A stretch of 63,699 nt of DNA, counting the filler, from Octopus bimaculoides (Eukaryota): the NCBI RefSeq assembly GCF_001194135.2. It is 7 parts of 7 records of this genome, joined end to end, with 100 filler letters (N's around TTAATTAATTAA, not from the genome) between each part and the next. Parts side by side here need not be neighbours in the genome. Positions count along the whole stretch, not along the records: positions 20,622 to 33,455 come from NC_068985.1; positions 33,556 to 43,022 come from NC_068987.1; 5 more parts are not named here. One strand, given 5' to 3'. Made by a program: the position numbers and the translations under genes. This document shows positions 25,800-38,244 of the stretch, one piece after another (within the stretch, counting starts at the first letter, position 1; each line of letters starts with the position of its first letter). Under the pieces are notes generated by a model. It made no database searches. It saw nothing but the letters and a program-made list of their open reading frames with translations, and was not told the origin of the DNA.

Positions 25800-26420
25800 G
25801 GGCATGCAGTCAGGTGGTGAGCAGCAGGACCAGATGACAGTCCAAAGATGCATTATCAGGTTATAGTGTACTGGTCAACACAGCAAAGGTACCAATAGTC
25901 AGAGTGTTTCAGGCAGTTGACATGGCAGTGTTAGTCACAAGAGACATAACAGCATTGGACAGGAGTCCAGCTATGATAACATCATTTCAGATACAGCTGT
26001 TACCAGCAACCCATGAACTATTATACAGAACGGTTATCAGATCAATGACCATATATTCAACTAGCACACTGGTAAATGGGTCCTATCAACAGTTTGAATA
26101 CTAATGGTTTACTAATGGTTTACAAAATTGATCAGTGTATATGTCTCCTCTCACATAAAAATGCACTACATACAGGCATGAAAGAAGGCCATTGTGTATA
26201 TAAGATTTTCAGTCAAGATAGAGTTGCTTCTCTCAGTACTTGGTATCCAGGAGATTGAAAGAATTTGAAATGCATCCACCAATCAATATACAGAAGGTGC
26301 TCTGACCTGACTACTGTGTTTGAACACACTTTTGTCTCAACCAATAATTTTTCCTCCACAGTAAACTGCAAAGAAAAGCTTTTAACAGGTTCAAATACAT
26401 CTCAAACATATCAGGATTGG
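25800..26420 (+). pseudogene. possible heavily decayed DEAH-box (DHX36-like) helicase relic
   Basis: Ordered motif remnants across frames: YDNII, GKWVLST, MVYKID, SHKNA, KEGHCVYKIFS, QEIERI, LLSQPIIFPP. Recalled similarity only. Confidence 0.3.
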
Positions 26421-28319
26421 TTTAAAGCTTATTTTCTGTCATTGCTTTGTGCTTCTACACTCATGTAGGTGTGTATATGGCATTCTGTTGATATTGTGTA
26501 ACAGTTGTAAATGTGCATCATCATCGTACAAGCAATGCCATTTGTTTTTGCACAAACATGTCCACCTTAGGGAAAATTGTTATTATCTTGCTTGGAAACA
26601 GGTGAGAGTTTGCAAAAGGAATCTAAGCATAGAAAATCTGTTTCAATAAATTCCATCTGACCCATGAAAGCATAGAAAAACGGATGTTAAAATGATGAGG
26701 ATCATGAAACTTGCACGCAAGTATGTGTGTGCGTGTGTGTGCACGCATGGCTATGTATATGTGTGTGTATATATATGTGTATTTTATTAAACTTATAAAT
26801 AAAATAAGATGTTCATTTTCATTTCATTGGTATGCTTTGAGTTAATTTGTAACATCTTTCCTCAATATATTTCCTTGATCAAAATCGAAGCTTCTGATTT
26901 ATCAACAAGAATGTCAATAAAACTATTAACTTAACTCACAATTTTGTTTATTACTAACTGAATTTATAATTTCCAACAAGTGAGCCAACTCTTTTTATTA
27001 TCATATCTGTAGAAATACATTGCCTTTGTTTCAATCAATTTAGAACATTATGAAGAATATAAAATAAAACTTGTTATTAATTTGGTGTTCAGAACATAAA
27101 TTGATGTGAAATTTTGATGGAAGATCTCTTTAAAACAGAAAGCTTGTACTATAGAACCAGAGGTGGTCTCAGTAGGTTTGATATCAAAAGGATTATATAA
27201 AACTGCCAGAAAGCCTTTACATGGTCACTTGATGAGCTAGAGACAACATCAATATCATTCAAATTAAGCTGTACTACTATCTTTAAAAAATAAATGACAT
27301 ATTAGGCAATGTAATTGAGCCAATATGCACTATACCTAAAGACAAAAAGAATTGGGATAGTCACTGATCAATCAAAGTTGACCAGCGTTTATGTGACAAT
27401 ATCTTTAAGGCAGTATATGAGATTTTAAATTATCATGTGTTTGGAGAACAGTAAGATTCAAAATGACATGCAACAATATCTTCAAGTCAATGTATGAGAT
27501 TTTAAATTGTATTTGGAGAACAGTGAGAATCAAAATGACATGCATATTATTCTTAATGTTCTGGCAGATTTGAATACGAATATATTAACATCTGGTGTAG
27601 TTCTCCTTCAGAGAAAACCCATCTCCTTTCAGAACAATGTGTGTTGATAACACACTTGATTTCTTGAGGTAGAAGGACTTCAAACCGATAATTCATCATG
27701 TGTATGGAGAATAACAAATATCAAAACGATAATATAGCAGTACCTTGCTGTACTTGAGAAGACCCGCCCACCACAACAGAATTGCGATCCTAAATCCAAG
27801 GTGTTATGTAAAAAGCATTGGTGTGGGTGCTGGTGCCATGTAAAAAGCACCGAGTACATTCTGAGATGTGGTTGGCATTGGGAAGGGCATCAAGCCATAG
27901 AAACCAAGCCAAAACAGACTATAGAGCCTGACCTTGTCAGTTCCTGTTATGCAGTGCAACTTATACCAGCATGGAAAATGGATGTTAAATGATGATAATG
28001 ATTCTTAATATATAGAGACATTTTGAATGTATGTTAATCATGTTACTCACTGCATTTCACCTCCACATAACACTGTCACTTCTCAAAGAGAACAATAAAC
28101 GGAATTTAAGACACTTGCTTGACATGGTTTGTGTCTCATCAGTCAAAGCTATTCTCAGATCAATGGACCTAAACAAGAATGGAGGCTCTTGCTTATAAAA
28201 TTTAGCAAACAAATCATTTAGTGATGCATGAGTTACTTCAGTTAAAAAAGAAAAAAATTCTGGTCGTTAAGTTGTTCAACTAAAAGCCTTCTAGGTAGTG
28301 TCCTAGTATGGTTGCAGTT

Positions 28320-28727
28320 AAATGGTTTCAGGTTCAGTCCCACTACGTGGCACCTTGGGCAAGTATCTTCTACTATAGCCTCAGGCTGACCAAAGCCTTG
28401 TGAGTGAATTTGGTAGACAGAAACTGAAAGAAGCCTGTCATATATGTGTGTGTGTGTGTGTGTGTCTGTGTTTGTCCCCCTACCATCACTTGATAACTGA
28501 TGCTGGTGTGTTTACACCCCCATAACTTAGTGGTTTGGCAAAAAAAGACTGATAAAATAAATACTAGGCTTACAAAGAATAAGTCCTGGGGTTGATTTGT
28601 TCGACTAAAGTCAGTGCTCCGGTATGGCCACAGTCAAATGACTGAAACAAGTAAGAGTAAAAAAGAGAGAAAGAGTATGTATGTATGTATGTATGTGTGT
28701 GTGTGTGTATGTATATANNNNNNNNNN

Positions 28728-28792
<65 letters not shown>

Positions 28793-28950
28793 TACATGGT
28801 TGGCTTCTACACAGTTTCTGTCTACCAAATTCACTTACAGGGTATTGGTCTGCCTGGGTTTATAGGTAGAAGACACTTGCCCAAGGTGCTGCACAGTGGG
28901 ATGGAACCCAAAACCACACGGTTGCGAAACAAACTTCTAGACGACACTGT
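28320..28950. mobile_element. two convergent SINE copies around a microsatellite/gap
   Basis: Plus copy 28320-28660 and minus copy ~28710-28950, both homologous to 31083-31505. Confidence 0.8.
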
Positions 28951-31082
28951 CATGCCCATGCAATTGTGCATAAAACATGAATTCACTTTTGCATTTAAGC
29001 AGCATGTCTATCTTAAAGTAAGATTGAATGAATTGGTGAGAGAGTAGGTTTGTTCAGTGACTAAATGAATTCATAGAAATAATGTTAGGAATTCAAGAAA
29101 GGGGAAAAAAAAAGATAACATCTTTTAGTCAGAACACCTCAGAAATATGTAAGGAAGAGGAAAAGGGATTTTAAGGAGACTTAGTGGAAAGGGGTGAGTT
29201 GCAACAAAAAAGGCTGTTTGCTTGTTTTTTTAAACTAGAATTGGAAATATAACCAGCAAGTCTGAAGCAAGAAAGGGAGGGAGGCAAGTAAGGTAAAGTT
29301 GAGTCAGAGAGGAAAAATATTTAAAGCTTTTTATAGCCATCAAGGTCAGCTTAACTTCATTTTCTTTACAAGTCAGTTAGCTGAAATAGGCAGTGAGAAA
29401 ATATATCTACATATATGGTCATGCCAGCTGTTTACAGTAAATCTAGTAGGCTTCTCTTAAAATTACATTCCTTGTTTCCTAATTAGTCACCCATGCGAGT
29501 CTGTTACCATAGTAACATTAAGATAAACAGTATTACTTTACACTATACTTGGAGGATGAGAGAAACCTATTATGTGTGAGGGTGAAATTTATAAAAACAG
29601 TCATATAGATAAAGAATTTCATATGTTAAATAGATCAACAGACTAAATTATGCTTTAGTTAAGTAATAAACAGGGTGTTGCCAAGGAGCAACATTTTTTG
29701 ATGCATTAACAGATATTGCTGCAATGAGATAAAAACAGCCATCTTATTTATTTCCTGTCTTAAGTGGAGCAGAAGTTTTGCAAAGATATTTGTTATATTA
29801 TTGATTTAGTATTACTGTTAACATTTAGGAAAGGGAAGATACAACTCTGACAAAAACTTCTTTGTTGTTCTCCCCCCCCCCCACCTTATATTTTGTTGAA
29901 GACAAATAAGTAGGAGGACTGTAAAACATTAGTCACCACAATAAGCATTTTGTGATAACCATTTACTCCCTCCACCCAGTTTTCATATCGCCCACGTTTT
30001 TTTTTTTCCTACAGGCAATGAGTTACCAGTGTGAACAGAGCCACAGGGGCAGTTAACCTGGATGTAAAATCCTTAGGCTGCAAAATTTAGAAATAAAGAA
30101 AAAAGAAACAAAGTAGTAATAGTAAATAATGAAGAGCGTATTCATTCTCAACTACACTCACCTCCTCCAGGTGCTGATAACCCAAGTTATTGCACTGGGA
30201 CCCAGATGTTCAGGTTAGACATCGATCATATCAGTTTCTCCATTCTGGAGGGCATTGCCTCCACTCTGCTAGCTAAATTATAGATTGGATAAGGATTCAA
30301 AAACACCAGCATAATACTGGTACTAATTTCTACTTGTTACTGTAAGAAGGCGTTGCCATTAGAATGAAAAGATTTCGTACATCCTAATGATAAGTCAGTC
30401 TATGACAGCCTGTTACATTTCAAGCTTGAGTATGAAACAATTAAATTGAAATGGTTCAACAGTTATAAGAGCTCACAGCTAGTGAAACAACTATATAGTG
30501 TTATTGTTATTGTTACTGTTTAACCTATGTCAGCTCTGATATATAACACCACGAGGTATTTGCTAAACACTAAAGAAGTTCATGTTAAGTGTCTTTTGCA
30601 ATGTAAGGTATGATTTGGCAATAATTTGGCTAGTATTTCTAGCAAGTCCAGTAGCCACATAGAGGTTCCATAATAGGCTCATTTCCATATTTAAGAAGCT
30701 GAAAGCTTGTTATTTGGAGGAGATTTGTCTGTTATTTCTATCAAGTTGAGCAACCACATACAGGCAACATTCTATGAAAACGCTGTAAATTTGATAAGAA
30801 AATAACTGGTAAATGATGTAATAATAATTATTGTTGTCAGTAATGTAGAGGCTACTGAAGTATCTACATTGTATCTGGCAAAGAGAGGGAAAAAGAATTT
30901 AAACTTCTCTCTCTATATGTATACAAACTTACTGTCTGAACTAGTTGTCTGCCATGTTAAAAGCAATTATCATAAGTATCTTCAGTGTGAACATCTCATC
31001 TTTGTGCACAACCGTAAATTACATTGTTTAATGCATCCTTGCTTTGTTTCCATTAATTTCGAAAATAATGAAGAATTTATAT

Positions 31083-31252
31083 AGGCGCAGGAGTGGCTGT
31101 GTGGTAAATAGCTTGCTTACCAACCACATGGTTCTGGGTTCAGTCCCACTGCGTGGAACCTTGGGCAAGTGTCTTCTGCTATAGCCTCGGGCCGACCAAA
31201 GCCTTGTGAGTGGATTTGGTAGACGGAAACTGAAAGAAGCCCGTCGTATATG

Positions 31253-31290
<38 letters not shown>

Positions 31291-31505
31291 AGTGTGTATA
31301 TGTTTGTGTGTTTGTGTTTGTCCCCCAACATTGCTTGACAACCAATGCTGGTGTGTTTACGTCCCTGTAACTTAGCGGTTCGGCAAAAGTGACCGATAGA
31401 ATAAATACTAGGCTTACAAAGAATAAGTCCTGGGGGCGATTTCTTCGACTAAAGGCGGTGCTCCAGCATGGCCACAGTCAAATGACTGAAACAAGTAAAA
31501 GAGTA
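31083..31505 (+). mobile_element. full-length tRNA-headed SINE with internal (TA)/(TG) microsatellite
   Basis: A/B-box-like head (GGCTGTGTGG / GGGTTCAGTCCC), central accttgggcaagt motif; at least 8 related copies in the window. Confidence 0.9.
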
Positions 31506-32460
31506 ATTTAGTAAAAATGTCATTATTAATCTAGTGTTTAGAAGAAATTATGGAATTATGATGGAAGGTTTTGATTTAGATCACTTCAAAACCAAAAGTC
31601 TGTATCCAAGAACACGGGTGGGCTCAGGCAGGCTGGTATCAAAACGATCATGATTTGAAGTAGATTTACACAATGCCTATTTATAGTTATTTTCTATAAT
31701 TACATTTGCAAAAATAGAAAGCAGTAATGGTAGGTCAGTGTTCTTAAGCTTTGTAAGCCTTCTCAGATTAATCTGGTTGAGATTGTTGTAGTTCAAGTTG
31801 AACTTCAATAGGTTGACATCTATAAAGTGTGTATGGAGAAGTTCTAGAGTTGCATTTCACTGTGTGTGTATGTGTGGGCTTGCACATGCAAACATGCGTC
31901 AACAATGTTTTAAAAAACTGTTATAGTTATTTTATAAAACTCTGTCAAATTCTTGAAAATTGAACTATAATGGCAGAGAATGTTGATTAAAAATATAGAC
32001 ACAAAAATGTGGAATAATTTTACTGTCATAATGAATCAGCCTTACTGCCAGGGAACTATTTCTTACCAATAAAATCAATGAATGTAATAAACCATTTTAA
32101 CAGGGGAACTCAGAGTAAATAAAGCGATAAGTAATAGTATGCAGAATATTGGGTTGAAAACCCCTAACTTTGTCTACTTCAAGTCTCACCATTAAAATTA
32201 TTTATTTCATATCTCTCAAAGTTTCTAATAAATAAATAAATAAATAAATAAATTCTCATAATGTAATCAATGAATGTAATTTTAACATACCAGACATCTT
32301 GCAAATTTGAATTTCTTACTTTCAGGGAAGAAACCTAAAAAAAAAAAAAATATATAATAAATTAAAATAATAAAATCATTTAATTGATTGCTAATTATCA
32401 GATGTATTTCTGCTGAAAGAAAACAATCAATAATTTGGCGCAAAAATAAAAAAAAAAGGG

Positions 32461-32562
32461 GAAAGGATCTCAGTAAAATTATTTGTATTTATTATAAACT
32501 TCGAAAGGATCTAAGTAAAGTTATTTTCAAATAGAAAAGATCTCAGTAAAGTTATTTCTAAT

Positions 32563-32595
<33 letters not shown>

Positions 32596-32760
32596 CAGGA
32601 GGATCTCCTTAAAATTCTTTCCAATTATAGAAATTAGAAAGGATCTCAGTGAAGTCATTGTCAACTAGAAAAGTAGAAAGGATCTCGTTCGAAAAGTAGA
32701 CGGAATCTCGTAATTAGAAAAGTAGAAAGGATCTCATAATTAGAAAAGTAGAAAGGATCA
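32461..32760. repeat. degenerate tandem array of the gaaaggatctc(agtaaagtt) motif
   Basis: About 8 copies at irregular 22-50-bp spacing. Confidence 0.8.
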
Positions 32761-33208
32761 AAGTCAATTCAATAGTGGCTTAACCCTTCAACATTTAAAC
32801 CAGCAATATCTTCCTGTTTTATGTTGAAACTGGCCAGATCCAGCCTTTTACATCTACCCAACAATGTCATTCTAAAAATGAGAGCCACATCATTGGCATC
32901 TGAAAGCTAAAATATGATGCCTGAGTAATTCAAAATAAAGTGAGTTTAATAAGCCTTACCTTTGCCAGAATAATCTGAATGCTAAAGGATTAAACTGAAA
33001 TCTTTTGGATTAGACACACAATCTAATATGTTTATAGAAGACTGGGTTGTAGGCGTTGATTGAATTTACCCCGGTGCATTACTGCTATTTAAATGTGGAG
33101 AAATGAAATGCTAAAACTAAAGATGATACGTTTGAACTGAGAATGGACTGAGAATTGTCATGCCTGAACTGAATTGTGTTGCAGGAACCAAGTCCATGGT
33201 GCAAAAAA

Positions 33209-33455
33209 GGTTGGGGGAACCACTGCATTAGATAACGTGGTCCTGTTGCATCTGAGAAAATAAAGGCAGGTATAGCTGTGTGGTTAAGAGTCTCCCTTTA
33301 TAGCCACATGGCTCTAGGTTGGGGGAACCGCTGCATTAGATAATGTGGTCCTGCTGCATCTGAGAAAATAAAGGCAGGTATAGCTGTGTGGTTAAGAGTC
33401 TCCCTTTATAGCCACATGGCTCTAGGTTGGGGGAACCGCTGCATTAGATAATGTG
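33209..33455. repeat. 108-bp tandem repeat x 2.3 containing a SINE head
   Basis: ttgggggaacc recurs at 33211, 33319 and 33427. Confidence 0.92.
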
Positions 33456-33555
33456 NNNNNNNNNNNNNNNNNNNNNNNNNNNNNNNNNNNNNNNNNNNNT
33501 TAATTAATTAANNNNNNNNNNNNNNNNNNNNNNNNNNNNNNNNNNNNNNNNNNNN
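33456..33555. other. artificial scaffold join
   Basis: N44-TTAATTAATTAA-N44. Confidence 0.95.
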
Positions 33556-33673
33556 ATATAAACACACCTATACACACTACATATATATGTAAAGGTGTGC
33601 GTATCATCTACACAAGCACATATGCATATGCAATAACAGGCTTTCAAATTTGGGCAAGAATATGAGATGAAAT

Positions 33674-34202
33674 CTAAGCATTGTTGGCTCAGATAGCAGC
33701 TCGCTTGCTAGTGACAGCCTGGAAGCCTGACTTGATGCTTGTGACAGAACAGCAGGGACCACAGGTCTCACACTGTAAGAACAGCCTCGTGTTTTTCTGG
33801 AGCAAGGTCTCTGGAGACTAGTGGGTATGGCATGTGACATATTCCTTAATATATTTTCTGACAACTGTTTTTATCTGTTTATGTTGGAAACGTCCCTTGA
33901 TGATTAATTGGGTGTTACCATCGATTGAACCACTGTACCCAAGTCAGCTAACAGAGAAGCTAACACATGCTTAGGTTCTTTATAAAGCGATCTGCATATT
34001 TCAGAGAAGTTGGCAAAAGATGTCTTCTTTGTGCTGATTCTTAATACTTGTGGCAGTTTCATGACAAACCATTTCTTCTTTCCAGCAACCATGTTAGGGT
34101 TCTTCTCTCTTATAATGTCAGACACTCTTGTAAGTAACTCATAATATGTGTAATCACGATCAGAACCATACCAAGCCTTACTACGACCAATTTCATCATC
34201 AT

Positions 34203-34258
<56 letters not shown>

Positions 34259-34325
34259 CCATCACCATCACCATCATCATCATCATCATCATCTGCCATT
34301 TCTTCCTCCACAACTTGTTCATCTA
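33674..34325 (-). pseudogene. EIF2S2: processed pseudogene of translation initiation factor eIF2-beta
   Basis: [91 protein letters not shown]. Intronless; frameshift near 33933; stops at 33818-33820 and 33689-33691. Confidence 0.92.
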
Positions 34326-35409
34326 NNNNNNNNNNNNNNNNNNNNNNNNNNNNNNNNNNNNNNNNNNNNNNNNNNNNNNNNNNNNNNNNNNNNNNNNNNN
34401 NNNNNNNNNNNNNNNNNNNNNNNNNNNNNNNNNNNNNNNNNNNNNNNNNNNNNNNNNNNNNNNNNNNNNNNNNNNNNNNNNNNNNNNNNNNNNNNNNNNN
34501 NNNNNNNNNNNNNNNNNNNNNNNNNNNNNNNNNNNNNNNNNNNNNNNNNNNNNNNNNNNNNNNNNNNNNNNNNNNNNNNNNNNNNNNNNNNNNNNNNNNN
34601 NNNNNNNNNNNNNNNNNNNNNNNNNNNNNNNNNNNNNNNNNNNNNNNNNNNNNNNNNNNNNNNNNNNNNNNNNNNNNNNNNNNNNNNNNNNNNNNNNNNN
34701 NNNNNNNNNNNNNNNNNNNNNNNNNNNNNNNNNNNNNNNNNNNNNNNNNNNNNNNNNNNNNNNNNNNNNNNNNNNNNNNNNNNNNNNNNNNNNNNNNNNN
34801 NNNNNNNNNNNNNNNNNNNNNNNNNNNNNNNNNNNNNNNNNNNNNNNNNNNNNNNNNNNNNNNNNNNNNNNNNNNNNNNNNNNNNNNNNNNNNNNNNNNN
34901 NNNNNNNNNNNNNNNNNNNNNNNNNNNNNNNNNNNNNNNNNNNNNNNNNNNNNNNNNNNNNNNNNNNNNNNNNNNNNNNNNNNNNNNNNNNNNNNNNNNN
35001 NNNNNNNNNNNNNNNNNNNNNNNNNNNNNNNNNNNNNNNNNNNNNNNNNNNNNNNNNNNNNNNNNNNNNNNNNNNNNNNNNNNNNNNNNNNNNNNNNNNN
35101 NNNNNNNNNNNNNNNNNAAATTGTGATTATCATTGTAATTCATGCTGCAACCTATACAAGTACTTGCTTACACTGAGCCAAAGGAGCTGCTACTTTCTGG
35201 CAAGTGACCACTAAGACCTTTCCTGATACTGAAAACATCTCCACAACTTCCCTTTCATATTTCTTAGGTTTACAAGCTGAGAGCTACCTGAATCAACATT
35301 GGCGTAATGAAAGGTATGTCTGGTGAGATTGATAAAATACTTGAGCAGATGTGTGTTGTGTGCAAGAGGTATGATGGAGGGGAGCCTCAGCTAGACTACT
35401 TACGGACAA

Positions 35410-36264
35410 GAGACAGATTCAAATACTTCTGAGCAGGAAGCATTGACAGGTTAGGTAGCATATGTATTCTTTTGAGAGAGAAAGGGGTGGATAAGGAGAT
35501 TGAGGTAGCCAGATTGTGTAAGAGAATTATTAAGCTAAGATTAATTCTAGCTAATGTAACTGTCATTTCTCTTTGCATATGCTCTATATGTCAGACTCAC
35601 AGATACTCAGGATTGTTTCTATGAATCACTTCTGCAGATAACCTTGATGGTGAAAAACAATGACATTTTCATCATGATAGGGGACTTCAATGGCCATGTT
35701 GAAAAAATCTGATGATTTTCATGGTGTGCATGGAAGCTACATCTTTGGTTCCAGAAATGAGGAGGGAACAAGGCTGGTGGAGTTCTGTAATGTAAATGAC
35801 TCAATGGTATGCAACACCAACTTCAAGAAACCTGAATTAACTGCATCCTCAGCAGAGACATGAACGGGCGTACACTCATAAAGGCAAAGTTTTTTCTAGG
35901 CAAAGGATGTACAACTCAACATAGGGTTAGTGATTAGCAACATGAGACTTAAGGCTAGAATGATCCCAAGACACAAGCAAAAGGAGTCTATGGAAGCTCA
36001 AGGATCCTTCAAGTGGGCAGACATTTAGAGATGTCCTTAAGGAAGCCTTTGATGTGAAAGAGTTAGAGCTGGAGACATATGACATTGAGGACAATTGGAA
36101 GTTCTAATGAGACAATCTACCGAGGCGATAGATATATCTAGCCAAGGCAGGAGCAGAAAGGAAGAGGTTTGCCTATGTCTTACAGCATAAAGATCAGAGA
36201 CTTGAGGTGTTCTAGATTGCCAGACAGTATGTTAGAGAGAATTGAGATGTGGGAGAGAAGTGTG

Positions 36265-36304
<40 letters not shown>

Positions 36305-37715
36305 TTAACATCTGTTTTCCATGCTGGCATGGGTTGGACGGTTTAACAGGAGCTGACTAGATAGAAGTCTGCACCAGGCTTAATTGTCTGTTTTTATGGC
36401 TGGATGCCTTTCCTAACAACCACCACTTTACAGAGTGGACTGAATGCTTTTTATGTGGCACTAGCATTGGTGAGGTTACCAAGTAATTTGCAAGACAAAG
36501 ATCCTTTGAGGTGGGGATGACATTGAAGAAAGTGGCCTTGTGCCAGGTGATGAGAGGTTAGAATGTGACAGGGATAAAAACAGGTGTCTTGCTGTAGAGG
36601 AGATACATGGTTGCCCAGGCAGAGTGATCAAGAATGAGAGAGTAGAAGAGAGTGAGAGGGTGGAGTGAAAGAGAGAGTGGGAGAGAGATGGTGGTGAAAT
36701 GCCAAGGCATACCCTCAAGGTATGGGGATCAGAATATAAATGGAATGGTAAAGTAGAGCAAGAGAGATAATGGTACACTTGCTCTTCATGGCCCTGGAAA
36801 GAAAGAAGCATGGAAGAGCTACTATGAAAGACTATTAAATGCAAAGAATGAATGGGAGAAAGTGAGTCTTCCTTATGTGAACCCAACAGAGGCACCAGCA
36901 ATTCTAGTTGACAACAGCATTATAGATAAGGTAATTAAAGCTATGAAGACAGGGAAGGCCCTTGGTCCATCTGGAGTCACTGTCATGATGCTTAATATAT
37001 CTGGTAGAGTTGGATACAGTCTAGTCACTCGTATAGTTAATCAGAATATTCAATAAGGCATAATTCCTAGTGACTGGTGCAGCAGCATCATAATCAGTTG
37101 CTACAAGGGTAAGGGATATGCTTTAGATAGAAGTAATTATAGAGACATCAAATTGATGGACCAACTGATGAAAGTTGTGGAGAGAGTTATAGCCCAACCA
37201 ATTAGAAACAGAATTAAACTAGATGAAATACAGTTTGGCTTTGTTCTGGGGAAGAAGCACTACTGCTGCTATTTTCATATGCAGGCTACTGCAAGAGAAG
37301 TATTTAGCTAAGATCAAGCCATTGTACCTGGAATTTGATGATCTAGAGAAAGCTGTTGAGAGAGTATCTTGTTCTGTGATATGGTGGCCTCTGTGAAAGC
37401 TAGAGATAGATGAATGGCATCTGCAGGCCATACAGGGGTTTTGTTAGTAAGGTAAGAGTTGACCATATAAAAACACTGGTACTGAGGCCACACAAAAAGC
37501 ACTGACGCAGGGACCACATAAAAAGCATTGGTGATGGGGGTTATATAAAAACACCCAGCACACTCTGTAAAGTGGTTGGCATTAGGAAGGGCATCACACT
37601 ATAAAAACCAAGCCAAAACAGACTATAGAACTGGTGCAGCCCCTGTCCTTTCCAATTCCTATCAAGCCATCCAACTCTTAGTAGCAAGGAAAACAGACAT
37701 TAAATGATGATGGTA
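35410..37715 (+). mobile_element. old degenerate RTE LINE (EN + RT, internally deleted, 3' tail) with a nested minus-strand LINE/SINE tail at ~36268-36600
   Basis: IMIGDFNGHV, MKTGKALGPSG, YKGKG..LDRSNYRDIKL, QFGFV; ends in the shared tail and gatgat. Confidence 0.85.
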
Positions 37716-37943
37716 ATATATTAGTTATTTCAAGGATATAAATACTTCTTAAAGGGTTGTCAGCATCCAAGTTCCCCAGTTTTATCCAGTGTATCATTGA
37801 AATACTAAAAGATGTTAGCTTCACATTTATGGATATGGGTACATTACCATTTATGTATAAGAAAAAGAAGAAAATGGAGAAATTGACATATAGACATCAA
37901 TTTATTGAAACAAATCCAATTTCGAACAATATCAAATACATAG

Positions 37944-38045
37944 AACCTTCAATTGTTTCCATGACCAATTAATTAATTCAAATTAAAAAAAAATTAAATT
38001 AAAGATCCATATTGAATATAGTTAATTGAACATTTCATCAGGGTC
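37944..38045 (-). ncRNA. degenerate minimal type-I hammerhead ribozyme
   Basis: rc: gacc-CTGATGA-aatgttcaattaa...ttaattggtcatg-GAAA-C-aatt-G(A)A-ggtt. U16.1 is mutated to A. Confidence 0.55.
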
Positions 38046-38210
38046 AGAACTTCTTTTTCTTATATATANNNNNNNNNNNNNNNNNNNNNNNNNNNNNNNN
38101 NNNNNNNNNNNNNNNNNNNNNNNNNNNNNNNNNNNNNNNNNNNNNNNNNNNNNNNNNNNNNNNNNNNNNNNNNNNNNNNNNNNNNNNNNTATATATATAT
38201 ATATATATGT

Positions 38211-38244
<34 letters not shown>

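Noticed and set aside
30162-30272. Two in-frame TGA codons in a Cys-rich frame as selenocysteine
   Set aside because: No SECIS seen, no recognisable selenoprotein, and no evidence the frame is coding.
34146-35214. Long ORFs spanning N runs, including a poly-His ORF
   Set aside because: Length comes from Ns; poly-His is the antisense of the (GAT)n tract in the eIF2-beta retrocopy.
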